From: Pocillopora damicornis
Taxonomy: Eukaryota
Direction: 5' to 3'
Length of the DNA: 64,000 bases
Assembly (NCBI RefSeq): GCF_003704095.1
Contig: NW_020847369.1
Coordinates: forward strand, 62,001 to 126,000
Position numbers and translations under genes: made by a program. A model generated the notes under the pieces. The model saw only the letters and a list, made by a program, of their open reading frames with translations, was not told the DNA's origin and did no database searches. Position 1 is the stretch's first letter. Each line of letters starts with the position of its first letter. Shown piece after piece: positions 49,401 to 62,655 of the stretch.

Positions 49401-52400
49401 ATTTTTTTTTTCTTGTCTTGTCCAATACGTTAACTTAAAGATATCAGCGTTTTAAGCATCGAAAATGTTTTAGGCATAGAACATACCTCATCATAATCAA
49501 CTGAATGGATGTATTTTCAACAAAGACATCGATTGTAAATTTTGTTTGACCACGAAGGGTTTTTTTTTTTGCCAGACGTATTAAAAAAATTCATTTCCTC
49601 ACGGTTGGGAAGACTTTGTCAATTTATTAAGGATTGTGTGCACAGCTCACAAAAGATCGTACTGACTTCGCCGCAAGGTAAATTAACTACAATAACTCTT
49701 ATTTTCAAAACCTAAGTCGTTTGTCGCTAAGGCGCCGACGTCGGTAGGAAACTTAATGCCTCGGGGTGAAATGATATGTATCTGATATTTGAAATAATTG
49801 AATTCAAGAGGAAGTGGGTGTCAGTCAAGTCACAACCCTCGATTATTCTAGAAAAGAATTGTGAACTTTAAGGAGACCTCGAATAACCTCGCGAATTTAT
49901 CTCTGAACAAACATTTTACCTTTGTTTACGATAAACATACGATCATTCTAGTGACATTTTATGAAACCAGCAGAAAGATGATTAATTCAATGATTTCCAT
50001 GAGTTTATTTTTGTAACAATCTCGAGAAGATAATCTGGGGAAAAAAAGGTAATATTGCGAAAACAAAACGATGTAAAATGAAGGAATCGAGGTGGCTAGG
50101 TAAAATTTAAAAAAGATATCTTAATATTAAGACAATTTATAATCAAATGTTCGGATTATGAAATGAGCTGTGAACGTTAATCAGGCTAAAGTAATGAGAA
50201 CTCAAAAAGTATTAATCCAATTTTATTACATGAGTTTCTTCCCGTAAATTCCCAGAAAGTTATCCTCCAATTGCTGATATATTTTAAAGATGAATTGGAA
50301 TTTATTTCATATTTCGCATAATATCAACACCGAAATTTTAATACTGACTCAAGTTCTTTGAGGAACACATTGAAAAAAAAAATGAATTACGGGGTTTTGG
50401 CCTGACTGAAAAAGGTTTTGAAAAATCTAATTATTTCACGAGTTGCTTTTTTGGAATTTAGGGTAAAAAGATAAAAGAAAATAAAAAACGACTGAATCAA
50501 CTTAAAGAAAAAGAGGCTTTGGCTCCATGGTTGTATTAGGATCAATTGATGCTATTTCCTAATTTTAATAACAAGCCTGAAATAAGTGACCTGAAATAGA
50601 TATCGTTAAAGATGATATTTAGAACTGATAAATTACTCGATTAAGAATGATCTAGAAACCATAATAACAACAAATTCCAATTTATTTCATCGGAAACGTT
50701 TTTCATGAAGACAAATGATACTTTGCTAGTAGCTGAAAGTGTCGGTAGAGCTGTTGTACAGACGTCATTGAATATTTAAAATCAGGAAACGTGCTTTGAA
50801 TTTAAATTATTCTTTGACAATCAATTTTCATCTTTAAGACAGCCATTTCTTCAGGGAAAATTTAATGAAAAAGACAGTCTTTGATAAATCAAGCGCCGAA
50901 TCTAAAGTGAACTAGAGTTTAAATGGATTTGTTTAGATATGGTGAGTTCTGAATTTCGAAAGGTAATCAGAAATGAAAAAACCGATATTGAATATAGAGA
51001 AGTTTTTGCTAAAGCTGGTTGTTGAAGCCGTTTTGCGACTTCAAGTCTTACGAGTTCGCACGTTGGACAATGGATTAAGTATAATGTAAATTAAACTTAC
51101 TAAATTTTTTTCCTAAACTACTACGATTTGAAGAGAAGTATTCAGAATGAGTAGAAGGCCCCCATGCCTGAAGTTTAGCACATTAAACTCCGGAGAAAGG
51201 CCTGGGTTCCAATCTTGAGCCTGACAAAAATTCTGGGAAATAATCTTTGATGTGAAATTTGGAATAACTCGGCACTCATAAATTTTTCAAAGGCTAACCG
51301 AATTGCACGAGGTTGTAGGGCGTGTCCAATTTACACTTAATTTTAACTCTCTGCACTGCATGGGATAAATTGACGTGTTCTTGGTTAATGAGCATGCTGA
51401 AATTTTTACATGATTATTAGTACAAAATGGCTGTCTCGTTAAATAAGCGAAAGGGGAAAGCGTTAATCAAAGTTCAAGCGTAATCAAGTACAGGTATCCT
51501 ATTGGTTTACTACTCAGTTCTGAACTTGATCAAAAAGTTAATACGCTTTTAGAACACCTTGAATTTCTGGCCTGTGAGGTTGTTGGTAACTTCTGTAAGA
51601 CAACGTGATTATTACCGCCTGAAAGCACACAACAATCGCACATGCCCCCACGTTTGACCACTGTGTTGCACTAGTCACCAAAAAGATGTTTTCTTTCATA
51701 ATTAGCTAAAATACGACATAATTAGTCCCGAAATGTGTCCCTCAGATGAACTTAGGTGAAGACTAGTCAAGCAGTCGTGTTAATTAGACAAAGAAACGCG
51801 TTTATTCAACAGCGCGAATGTTTTTTTTTCTTCGTGTTTATTGGTTTCGATAAAAATATGAACGTTGTTTTACGAAACTACAGTTAACAGTTTAATGCGT
51901 CACATATCAAATTCCAAATTGAACGGTTTGCGCTTGCCAAATATTGATCTATAATTTTTTAAATCTTCATTTGCAACCTGTTATAATGTCATTAACATTC
52001 TCTGTTCTTTTATGAATTTTTTTTATGCCTATTTTGGTATTTGTTTGAGCCGGTGATCTAACCATCTAACATCTTGTGGTCGAAGAGAAATTCCTCTCGA
52101 AAAAAGGTAAATTTTGTACGTAAAACTGCGACACTATTTAAAGATACCATAGATCTGCTCTTTTCTTTGTAACGATGACATCAAAAGCTCAGACAAAAAA
52201 TGAATGTGAATTCTAATCGAAGTTTATAAAGCCGTTTCCAAAAGAGAGCCTTTTATTACAGACAACGATAGAATTGTGTATGTTTTTATAACCAAAAAAC
52301 CATGGCTTAAGAATATATTCCAAATATTTATCCCTCAAACGATTTGAACATAAAATACTGCTCTAAATTGTACATTTTAACAAGTATCCAGGCCAGATAA

Positions 52401-54574
52401 ATTAAATCTTTAGTCAACTTTTGACTGCGCCTGACGATAAAACGAACTGAACCGCAGTATATTGTGGATGTTTTTAAGCAACAGCTTTCTGCATATAATT
52501 TGTTGACATTTGACCACCTGAGTTTATCCCCGCAGCAGGTGGCAAACCATATTACAAGCAATTAAAAACCACAACATAACTTTTGTCACACTGCATTAAG
52601 TTGCAACTTCATGTTCTGTGAGGCCATTTGAACGGACTTCCAGCGAAAACTGTCAATATCAGCGGCACCATTTCAAGTTTCCGAGATCCCAGGGAAACTA
52701 GCTGCAAAAGCACTCAAACTATGGTGAGATGTAGTTTTAAGATATCCGCCAACAGGATGTTTTTTACACTATATTTTCGTGCTTTCTTTTTCTGCCGTGC
52801 AGTGTAACAAATGTTTTAATCGACAGTCATCAGCATAGCAAAGATACAGCAAATCGTTTGTATTCAAGCTTGACAGCGAATTATTTTCTCACAATAATAT
52901 TTAGGATTTCGAGCATTTCGGAAGACAAATTTAATTGACCCATTTTCCGAGTTAATTAATCAGAGGTTGTTCGGGTTTTTTCTTAAAGATTATTCATTGA
53001 GTAAAAACCTGACGATTTAAGGAAAATTTCTAGAATAATGCAGCTACTCGCAAATAATTTCAATCATATGGCATGATTCCTGCTCTATTGCCCAGTTAAT
53101 GCGTTTTGTGGAATCAATCCAGATAATTTGTTAAAGATAACATTGTTTTTTGAAAGGAAATGTTTTGAAAATGAAATCTTTGGTTTAAATCGAATTAAGT
53201 AACATAATATCAGTATGCGCTTAGATTTTAAATTCGTCCATGAGAGATACGTTTAATATGAGAAAAAAGGGTAACAATTCTCTTTTGCTTTGTAAAACAA
53301 ATTAAATTCATTTAAACGACTTAGAGGCACCAAACATAAAATTACAGCTCACAAGAGGCTGACGATGTTGTAGCAGTGAGCGAAAACCTCCTTCAAATAG
53401 CCCATAGAATTAAGTCTATGACAAATTATTCTATTTCTACCCAACAGACGGAGTATGTTCTGCGGTGTATGATCGCCATTTTGCGCTTTGAACAAAATCA
53501 ACAATTTTCACGACAATTAAAAGCGCACAGCCAAATGCAAGATGGAGTAAACAGTTGTTGAAAAAAAGAGCCAGCGATTCGTGCTTGGGTAGCCTGTGTC
53601 CTCATGGATATTACATGGGTCTCCGATGTATAAAATTTCTTAAGAGAGAGAATTCTTGAACTATTTACCCATAAAGTTCAGCCATTCTCGCAGAGCGAAT
53701 TATTCCCAAGATTTTTGGAAACTTTATAAGAAATAAAACGGTTCTTCTTATCTTAAGACGACAACAAATGCGCTTGTACAGCTCTGTTCAAAATCAAGAA
53801 GATCGATTTCTTAAAGTGCATTTGATTTATACATGTGCTTTTTCAGTTATGTTTTTAATCGTGTTTTTCTCGTAAATTGCTTTTAAAACGCTACGTTTGA
53901 AATGTTTTGGCAGGCCAAAACCACCTTAATCCCCACTTAACTCCTTTTAACATAATATTTTGTCGTACCACAAAGCTTGTTTTCTTTTCAAACTAACCGC
54001 ACGGAGATTTGCGTACAAAATGCACGTGAAATTCAGTTATTGTGAAGGATGGTTTTCTCGTCATGTAATTACCAGGTTCAGGTTCAGTGTAGGTTCAATT
54101 TTATGGGTACGCATTTTATGCGGTGATAGTTCTCTTCCTGTGTGCGATAGTTTTGAATTCATATGTTCTCAAAATTTTCATAAATGTTGTGACGCTGCTA
54201 AACTTTCATCTAAATTCTTTCGATGGATTTTTCATTCATCCCATTGGCCTTCTGTTAACTCGACTAGCGCACTCTTTAAGGTCTTTCAAGGGCCTATCTT
54301 TGGCCAGCGCTGGGTTTGTATTCCATGTTTGATATAAACTCCGCTTTTCTGTCTCTTCAGCTTCCTTCTTATTATGTTCAGGCCTATTACGCTAACGCCA
54401 GTCTTCAGGTGTCCTCTGTGGTGTTGCATGACGGGAAATCTTGAGAGAGGACAAAATTATGCTCCTTTTAGGGAGGGGCAGGGGCGTTGACACTTTCACA
54501 CTTTCCTGATCCCAACCCATACTGAAAGTTTTCTTTTTAGTATTATCGCGTGCTTGACGGATAACTCAAGCGGA

Positions 54575-54795
54575 CAGCCTAATACATCGCGTCCTTAGAC
54601 TTAGGATTGGAAGGCCTGGGTTCGAGTCTTCTGTAAGACACTTATCTCCTGGCATGCATGCCTCTCTCTCTCCTCTCAGGAGTATAAATGAGTTCTCGAT
54701 GAATTGCCAAGGAAACCTGATGATATATTGAGTGGGAAAGGACTATCATCCCATCCTGTTGGGTACAGCAACACCACTTGTCGCTTAAACTGAGA
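54575..54795 (+). mobile_element. tRNA-derived SINE
   Basis: B-box GGTTCGAGTC at ~54619-54628, followed by aagacactta...tgcctctct...caggagtataaatg. The same core is present inverted at 5335-5497. Confidence 0.6.
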
Positions 54796-56914
54796 TTTGT
54801 TGCGCCATTGCAAGTGTGGGCGAACTGGTTCAAGCATAGAATAGAATATTACCTCTCTTATCTTTGTCCTCGGTTCTCTCAATGCGGACACCAATTTCAC
54901 GTGATTATTTCCCATCACTTTGTTATATTTTTCATTATTCTATTTCATTCATGTTTTTTCTCTCTCCCACTCTCTCACACGACGATGTGAAGCTGATAAA
55001 AAGTTCTTTTCTGTCCCGGTTGAGAACACATTCTTTTACTGTTGTGGTCGGTGATAACCCACTTGAAGAAGAATTGTTTCAACCATGATGTCAAGATGGA
55101 AACAGGTGTCTTCTCTTGTTCGCTCTAAAGCACTGGCCCCATCTGTGGTGAGTATTTTAAAACTTCTTCCAGAACCCATTATGCTCTCAAACATTCAAAC
55201 ACACCATCATGCCTTAACGTTCACACCATCATACCTTAACTTTCAAAGGTCTTCATATTGCATGGTAAATCGTTTCTTCATTAAGGGATCTATTGAAAAA
55301 TGAACTATTTTCGCAATTTTTTTGCCACCGCTTGTATCAAGACATGTTAAACCCACAAGACGTTGTTAAAAATTACATCTCTTTCGCCACTGTTCACCAT
55401 GACCCTGGAAAATTATGTTTCTCATTTTCCTTTATCAGTGTCAAATTCTGTTGGAAATCAAATAGCTGAAACTGCTGTTTCCTTTTGTTTTTATTAATAG
55501 TATTTCGTGTTTTTTTTTCCCTCCGTCACCCGAGGCGTTTCTAAATACTTTCGAAGTATTATGTAGAGTTGCCTAGTTTTGTTTTGTCCTCTTTCTTTCA
55601 CACCGTGCCATGTTCATGGACTTCGGACTTTGGACCCTTTGTCTCAATAAATTATCTGAGATAAATAGAATTCGAAAACTAGTTTTTACTTTTCTATCGC
55701 TCATCATTTTTATCCGGAAGATTAGATTCCTCTTTTCTCTCAGACAAACATTTCACAGGTTTTATCATTTTCAATTCATTTGTCAAATTGAGTGCAAAGT
55801 CCGGGGTAGTATTTCAGGATTTCTATTTTATTGCTGCCAAGATAAAAGCAAGCATTTAATGCTAGAAACGCTATTTTTTCACTCTGGCTTCTATTCCTTC
55901 TGCTATTTCATTTATCGCAAGTAAAAAACGCTTCACAACCCTTTTTTTTAGTTTTCCTTAAGGAAATATAAACGTGGCATTTAAAAGCTCAATAAGAACA
56001 AATGCCTTTGAGCGCCTTTATGGCGCAAACAAATCACAAATATAAAACACCTTGCTGGGCCATTTTGAGAAAATATCGTTTCTTTTTAAAAGAAAACAAA
56101 TCCTCGACATTTATTTTACGCTCGAGCTCTATGCAATTCACAGTTGTCACCCATATTGAGACGTGAAAAATAATTGAGAAAGAGGTTTAAAGCTATTTAA
56201 ATTTTCTCAATTAAAATACGCTGTAACCATAGAGGAACACATTTTAGTTATTATCGAACACGATGATGATATGAGAAAGAAAACCCATTTTGTAAAGTGT
56301 CCTTAATTCTCGAGACGTGTTAATGTTATCTCGAGATGGTTTTCTCGATAGTAAAATGTCATAAATATTTTAGCTAAAAAATCAATCTTCTATGATGGCA
56401 AGTGTAAATGAACCAGCTATTATTTTGCTAGGAAGCGAGGCCCGGAAATAATTTCCATATTGAATAGACTTTTTCAATGAAAGCGTTCATACATGCGTCG
56501 AATTATTGATCATTTAAAAAAATTAGGTCTGGAAGACATCGAAAATTCATTCTGAATCTAGTTTATTTTGAAGTACGGAGCCGTTTTCGGCGTTTTGCGG
56601 CAAAAATACTGCAATTTTTGTTGAATTTTTATACGAATATTTATATTTCAAGTTGCACTTTTCGTGTTTGCATTTGGCCATCAAATGAGGAACTCTTGAG
56701 GAGGAGACCATTTGCAGTAGTGTTGTACAATAACGGACTAATGTGGAGCTCTTTGGAAAAATACTCATTTGTCGAAAAAGTATGATACCCATGGTGAGAC
56801 GCTTTCTTCCACAAGGAGCTGATTTCTGTAAAATAAAGAGAAATGACAAAACTGTCGTTTTAAACAGAATTCTAATGTTATGCTTGAAAGATTTACCAAT
56901 TTATTTGTTTTCAG

Positions 56915-56967
56915 CAGCCTTCGAGTTACACGTTCACCCCAAACAAAGATGAAGTCATTGATTCAAG
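56915..56967 (+). CDS. Candidate small upstream exon of the C2-domain gene
   Basis: Polypyrimidine acceptor (tttgttttcAG), open frame QPSSYTFTPNKDEVIDS and donor AG|GTGGGT in phase 2. A possible ATG-only exon end (ATG|GTGAGA) is at 52721-52723. No homology support. Confidence 0.35.
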
Positions 56968-57882
56968 GTGGGTAACTTTGTCATTTGCTTTTTCCTTTGA
57001 TTCAGTTAAAAGATCTTTTCGATTTACAATTTTACTCTAGAAACTTTGTCTTTATATTTCACCTATCCCAGAAAGAAATCGAGATCGGCAGGGGAAAACT
57101 TCGACAAAATAAACGCTATTTCAAATGCAAATTGTTCATTTGCAAAGCGTAACAGGATATATTACTTCGTACCCTAAACCTGAAAGGACTGCAATGGTGT
57201 CATTTCTCTGTGTTTGTGCCAATGAATTCTCTCCCGCCGTGATGTGGAGAAGAAAATGCATGAAAGAAGTAGGGCTAAATAATTGTCCCTTCATCGAGTC
57301 AAAAATTAAAATGACATGTAAAGATGTTTACAACAGTGAAACAGATTATTTTCACTTTCAAGATTTATTTACGAAACATTTCTTATCACGAGAAGTGAAG
57401 TCTGGCTTTAGTTCAATACCAATTTTTTCGATGATTATAAATATTGCCACTCGATGTCTAACAAGCGTATTTATCGGAAGCAAAGAAGACAAAAGGCTTT
57501 TTTCATGCTTAGATCTTCAAGCCACGTGAAGTTACATTAATTAATAAGTGCTAGGTTTTCAACGGCTGAAAAAACACGGCAACCTGAGTAGTAAAAGGAA
57601 AACAATTAAGAAGATATTCTATCATTTTGTTCACGAAATAAAACAAAATTGCTCATGGAAAATTGCGACAGATATAATTGTTTATGAAAATTTCTGTAAT
57701 TATCCAGAAGAAGATCATGTAATATCAGTGATAGTGTCGTACCCAAGCCTTTCACGGCCAAGGGGCAAATACAGTTACACGGTAGGCTCTGGGTACGGGA
57801 TTATATCAGTGGTCAACTGATAGGCATAATGGAACTAATATGCCTTAATTTTGAATAATTTCTCCCGTATACTAAGATACAA

Positions 57883-58031
57883 ATCATTCATTCATTTATT
57901 ATTTCATTCATTCATCATTCCTTCATTCATTNNNNNNNNNNNNNNNNNNNNNNNNNNNNNNNNNNNNNNNNNNNNNNNNNNNNNNNNNNNNNNNNNNNNN
58001 NNNNNNNNNNNNNNNNNNNNNNNNNNNNNNN
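57883..58031. repeat. Imperfect (CATT)n microsatellite running into a 100-N assembly gap
   Basis: atcattcattcatt... continues up to the Ns at 57932-58031. Other gaps are 13394-13403 and 43305-43314. Confidence 0.9.
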
Positions 58032-58065
58032 CCCTTATATTTTGTGCTTGTATTGGTTTCCACAG

Positions 58066-59641
58066 TTACCTTCTGCGCGATGCTAAGAAATCAACCAAGT
58101 GCAGAACAAAAACACGAAAAGGCAAAGATCCTCTTTGGAACGAACAGTTCTTAATCGTTGGCGTCAATTATCATGACATAAAGCGAAGAGCGCTCGAAGT
58201 ATGCATCGCCGACGGTCATTTTTCCAGCGGAAAAAAGGAAAAGCTTTTCGGGGGTGTTCGGCTCAGTCTCGGTTACAAGGCAGTCGTGGCTGCGCAAACC
58301 AAGCAAGTTAATCAGGTGCTGCGGTTTCTAAAAGGAAAGGAAGCGATGAGTGGTGATGTGAACTCGAGCTTTGGTAAATGGAAGAGAGCAAGTGGTAGGA
58401 AACCTGTGGCGGATGACACAGGACAGGCAACAGAAGAGGAGAGAAATGAAGGCACAGAAACGATAGATAGGCCAGGAAATGCAAACAAAGTGGATGAAAA
58501 AAGTGTTGTCACTGACATGGCAAATAGTAAAGATGAACGTGAAGAGACAAAGCAGGAAATTGTCGAGAGTGGACCGCAAAGTGCATCGTCTGCCAGTACA
58601 GAAGTAATGGCGACGGACCCTGTCCCAGATCCCTCTCAGGATGAGGCCAAGGCGAATAACACCAGAAACCGCTTGGCTGAGCAACGCCTTTTCGAAGCAG
58701 TGATGGCATCTATCAAGCACCTAGAACTCGCCGCACGTCAGACTGTAACGCAGTCAGAGTCCAGCGAAGAACAAGACAAAGGACTTGAAGAAAAACTTGA
58801 AAAGCAAGAATCTCCCGAGATTTCCACTCAGAGCATCAACAACGGCACTGATGAAGGAAATAATGATTCGCAAGAAGCAGATACTAGTGATCCAACCCCT
58901 AACGCAGTAGAAACAGCAGACGAGAGTACAAGAAATGAAAGTTGGAGAAGGAATTCATTGGATACAACTAAAAATTCCAAAAGCAAGAATGTCCAAGAGA
59001 AGAACATTTGGAACGAAGATCAAACTCAACGATGCAGCGACCAAGCTGAAGACTTGCTAAATGTGATCAAAAATCATATAGCCGATAGAGAAAATCTGCC
59101 AACAAATGAACCCGAAAATTCCCGAACGGAACCCGATCAAATATCGAATGGACACAAAGGCAATGAAGATCAATGTACTGATGAGAGAAGCGCTAAGAAA
59201 GAAGAAAGTTTTCCTAAAAAAGGGTTGAATCCTACTGATACTAAAACAGATAACTCGGTAGAAATTCCTAAAGAAGAGCCCAAACATTACTCTAAGCATC
59301 CCACTCAGGAAATAAAAACGGAAAATCCTGAAAGCGAAAACAGTCTACCACAGAAGTCGACGATTTTGAAGAAATCGTCTGCAGGAGGACCAAACGACAT
59401 GAAGCGGAGCTCATCCTTCACCTTGAAAGATATCGGAAAGAGGCTAAGCTTTAGGCGCAGCAGCAAATCAGAAGTCAGCGGAGATAGCAGATTGGAGACG
59501 GGCTTACAAACAAATGCAGACAAGATGATGTTAGATGCTCAAGGACTCGAAATAACCCAATGGACGCTTGTCGTGTCTCGGCCGAAGGAGTGGCACTACT
59601 GTTGGCACATCCTCAGATCTGAAATGACCATTCTACACTAG
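58066..59641 (+). CDS. Terminal exon of a C2-domain protein (synaptotagmin-like protein C2B-like) with a long low-complexity insertion; 5' exons unresolved
   Basis: Acceptor tttccacAG at 58065. The reading YLLRDAKKSTKCRTKTRKGKDPLWNEQF..ALEVCIAD..LFGGVRLSLG resembles the SLP C2B strands, and the C-terminal MLDAQGLEITQWTLVVSRPKEWHYCWHILRS resembles the SLP C2B terminal helix/strand. A 100-N gap lies immediately upstream. Confidence 0.8.
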
Positions 59642-62600
59642 ACATTAATCTCGTCAATCGTTAAGGAGCCTCGATTAGTCAGAGGGCTGGTCAATTATGC
59701 TCTAACCGCTGATTAAAAGGCACTTAGAGACAGGAGGGCTCAAGTCTAGGCTTGCCTCGGTCAACACTAGCCGTGGAGGTCTGGGTCGAGCATTGATATA
59801 AAGTGCAAGGAAAGGCACAAACTTAATAATTAAATTAGGACTTTGAAGTCATAAAGGTGAAGTTGAGTGTAGATGTTGACTTAACAATTGCAATCTACTT
59901 CGTGTTCGACATCGAGTAGGTTTAGCTCATACATCTCCTACAGGTAATCTGCTGAACTGTCAACTACAAAAGCATCCATAAACGTTAAAATCGAGAAATA
60001 TGACCTGATCTTTTTGTTAAGGATCTTAGTCATTCTTATTTATGATAATAACTTTGTTAATAGCACTATTAACGAAAGTATATTAATGATGATATTAGAG
60101 ATATAATAGCAATTATAATGATAATGAGTGAAAAATGATGTAAACTAAATCATGACCACCAGTAGGTTAGTTTCCTACGTTTTCTCACTTTTTAGTGTTA
60201 GGTATATCAGCTTTTAGATTCCATAAATGATATCTTCCATAAATCTGCTACAAAAATCTAACAACTGATATTAGATGCGCATGCATGACAAACCTGCGTT
60301 TTTCACTTTCTAATAACTTAGTGAATAGTCGTAAGAGTTTTAATGTTTATTATGAAATTATATTAAATGTTAAGGAATTTTTAACCGCATTCATTTGAGA
60401 ATTAAAAATTAAGAATAAGAAAAAAATTAATTACTTGTCTCTGTCGTCTTTTTTTTTTTTATCTCACAGGATCAGTTCTGTGCATATGGTATACTGCCAT
60501 TTGCAGCGTTCCACTTAAAGAGGCTTTCAATAAGTTTCACCCATGAAGATTTTTAAAACACTTCAGTATTTACAAGCTTGAAACATTTTATTCGGCGTCT
60601 AAGAACTAGCTCCAGAAGAGATAAGAAAACATAGCCTGACTGGGTTAAGACATAACGGGAACTTTGTTTCTCGGATAGAAACTGAATAAGTGCGATATTG
60701 TAATCAAAATCGCCTGAATTTAACTCTTCTTTACATGACAGAAGTGGCTAAAAAATTGCTTCAGTATTGTTGTATGACTGTTTTTTGTAGCATTACACTT
60801 TCTGCATCGTCGCTGGAAATAATAAACCGGGTTTCGTTTATTTTCGAAAAAGCCGCTATTTTAATGGGGAGTGGGACGGGGCGGATTTTGCAACGATGGA
60901 ATCAAGGTTTCAGTTGGAAAAGAGGGTTCCAAAATACGGCAGAATAGAATCACATCCGGGAAGATTATTGAATTATTTGGGCCCCAGATGATGCCCTGCA
61001 TCAATTCATTTTGAAGCATTTGATTTAGCACAAGAGATTATAAAGTTCAGTTATATTATCTTGATCTAGCAATAACCCCCACTCTAAATATGATGTTTTT
61101 ATAGCTCACGCGCGTTCTATAAACATTTGAACGTGAATCCAGAGTTGAAACTGGTTTGAATTTGACACATTGGAGTCAACTAAAAGACTTCCTTGGAAGT
61201 CTAAAAGTATAAAAATTTCAATCGTGCTTTGGTTTCTTTTTCATCTTGGTTCTTCCTTCTCTTTAAGAGTTTTCCCGTAAAAAATTCGTCAAAACAGCAG
61301 TTCAAAGGGAAGAGTTTTATTCACATTATTATTCCCCAAAGTCACTCCTTACCCTCGTTCTCGCGTTGTGGTTCCCCTGACTTTCATTGAGACACATGGA
61401 ATGCGGGAAATTTTGCGCATGACTGTTTGAATGACGGAGAATACAGATAAAGCCGCAAAAACGAAATTGCAATGCGTGTGGTCGACTGCTGTTCAATTGG
61501 CTATAAAAACGTTTAAATTAAAAATCTCTTAGGATAAATTATTCTGAAAGCGCCGCAGTGCTAGCTTCCGTGCATTTATTACTAAAATTTTCGACTGTTT
61601 TCAAATAAAACCTGAAGCTTTTTTGATTTAACGACGGTACAAAAACAAAAGCACTCTCCTGGTGTTTTTTTCACGGAGAGCCTAGATTTCAAAACGAAGT
61701 GTAGACCAGAAATTAAAGAAAAATAATAATTATTCATTAGTGGAGATGAAGTTTCCTTTGACAACTAAATTTCGCACGTACACGACTAAAACTACTTGAA
61801 AACAGCTTTAGAATGCGAATCGCATTCATTGAAGGTCAACAGTGACTTTTTCTCCATATGTAAAGTGATTGAATTTGTCAGAATTTCATTTCGTTGTAGA
61901 ATTGATTACAACGCTCGACACCTCTTTCAATTTTCGAATCCTTCCCGTTGACGGCGGCTTCTTTGTGGTGAAAACCAATCATGACATCAGTGTGAATTTT
62001 TGTGGCATGTCATTAGTTTTCTTGTCAGAGAATCACTTACGGGCGCAGTGCAGATGTTTCGCTGAAGAATGTTTGAAATTCATAGCAAACTTCTGTATTT
62101 GAGGTGCTTTAGAGAGAAGAAAGGAATTCTAATAAAAAAACTGCGAGAGGAAAACACGCTTAATCTAATAAGCTCAAAATAAACCCTTTCAGCGTCACTT
62201 TTTTTTTTCCTGAAGCTTTTCCTTTCATCAAAAAAAAATTAAACATTTTCTGCCTCGATTACGCAACTGTTCACTGATTATCTTCACAAGTTATCCTTGC
62301 AGATTCTGCAAGTTACGTTTCATCGTTTTTGTTTATACTTCGAGTGCAATATTTTTTTTACAGTTTTTTAACATGTATTTTCATTTATAAGTACATCAAT
62401 GAGAGATTTCATCAATGTTTACATTCATTCTGGTCACGAGTATTTCGGAAGTAGTTCATTGCTGGTACGTTTATTATGACAACGTCATTTGCAAACGTGA
62501 GATCGATCGACAGACGACGAAACTGAAAAACAAATCGCTCTTTTTGCGCTGAAAAGCCAGTAGTTCCGCCATACGGTGTGATAAACCTTCGCTGAACAAA

Positions 62601-62655
62601 TGTGAATGCCTAGATCGGGAAATATTTTAAGTGCTCGTCGCTGGATCCAACAAAA

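Noticed and set aside
57851-58065. N-terminus of the 596-aa ORF
   Set aside because: It runs through a (CATT)n microsatellite, an N gap and a splice acceptor, so it is not coding.
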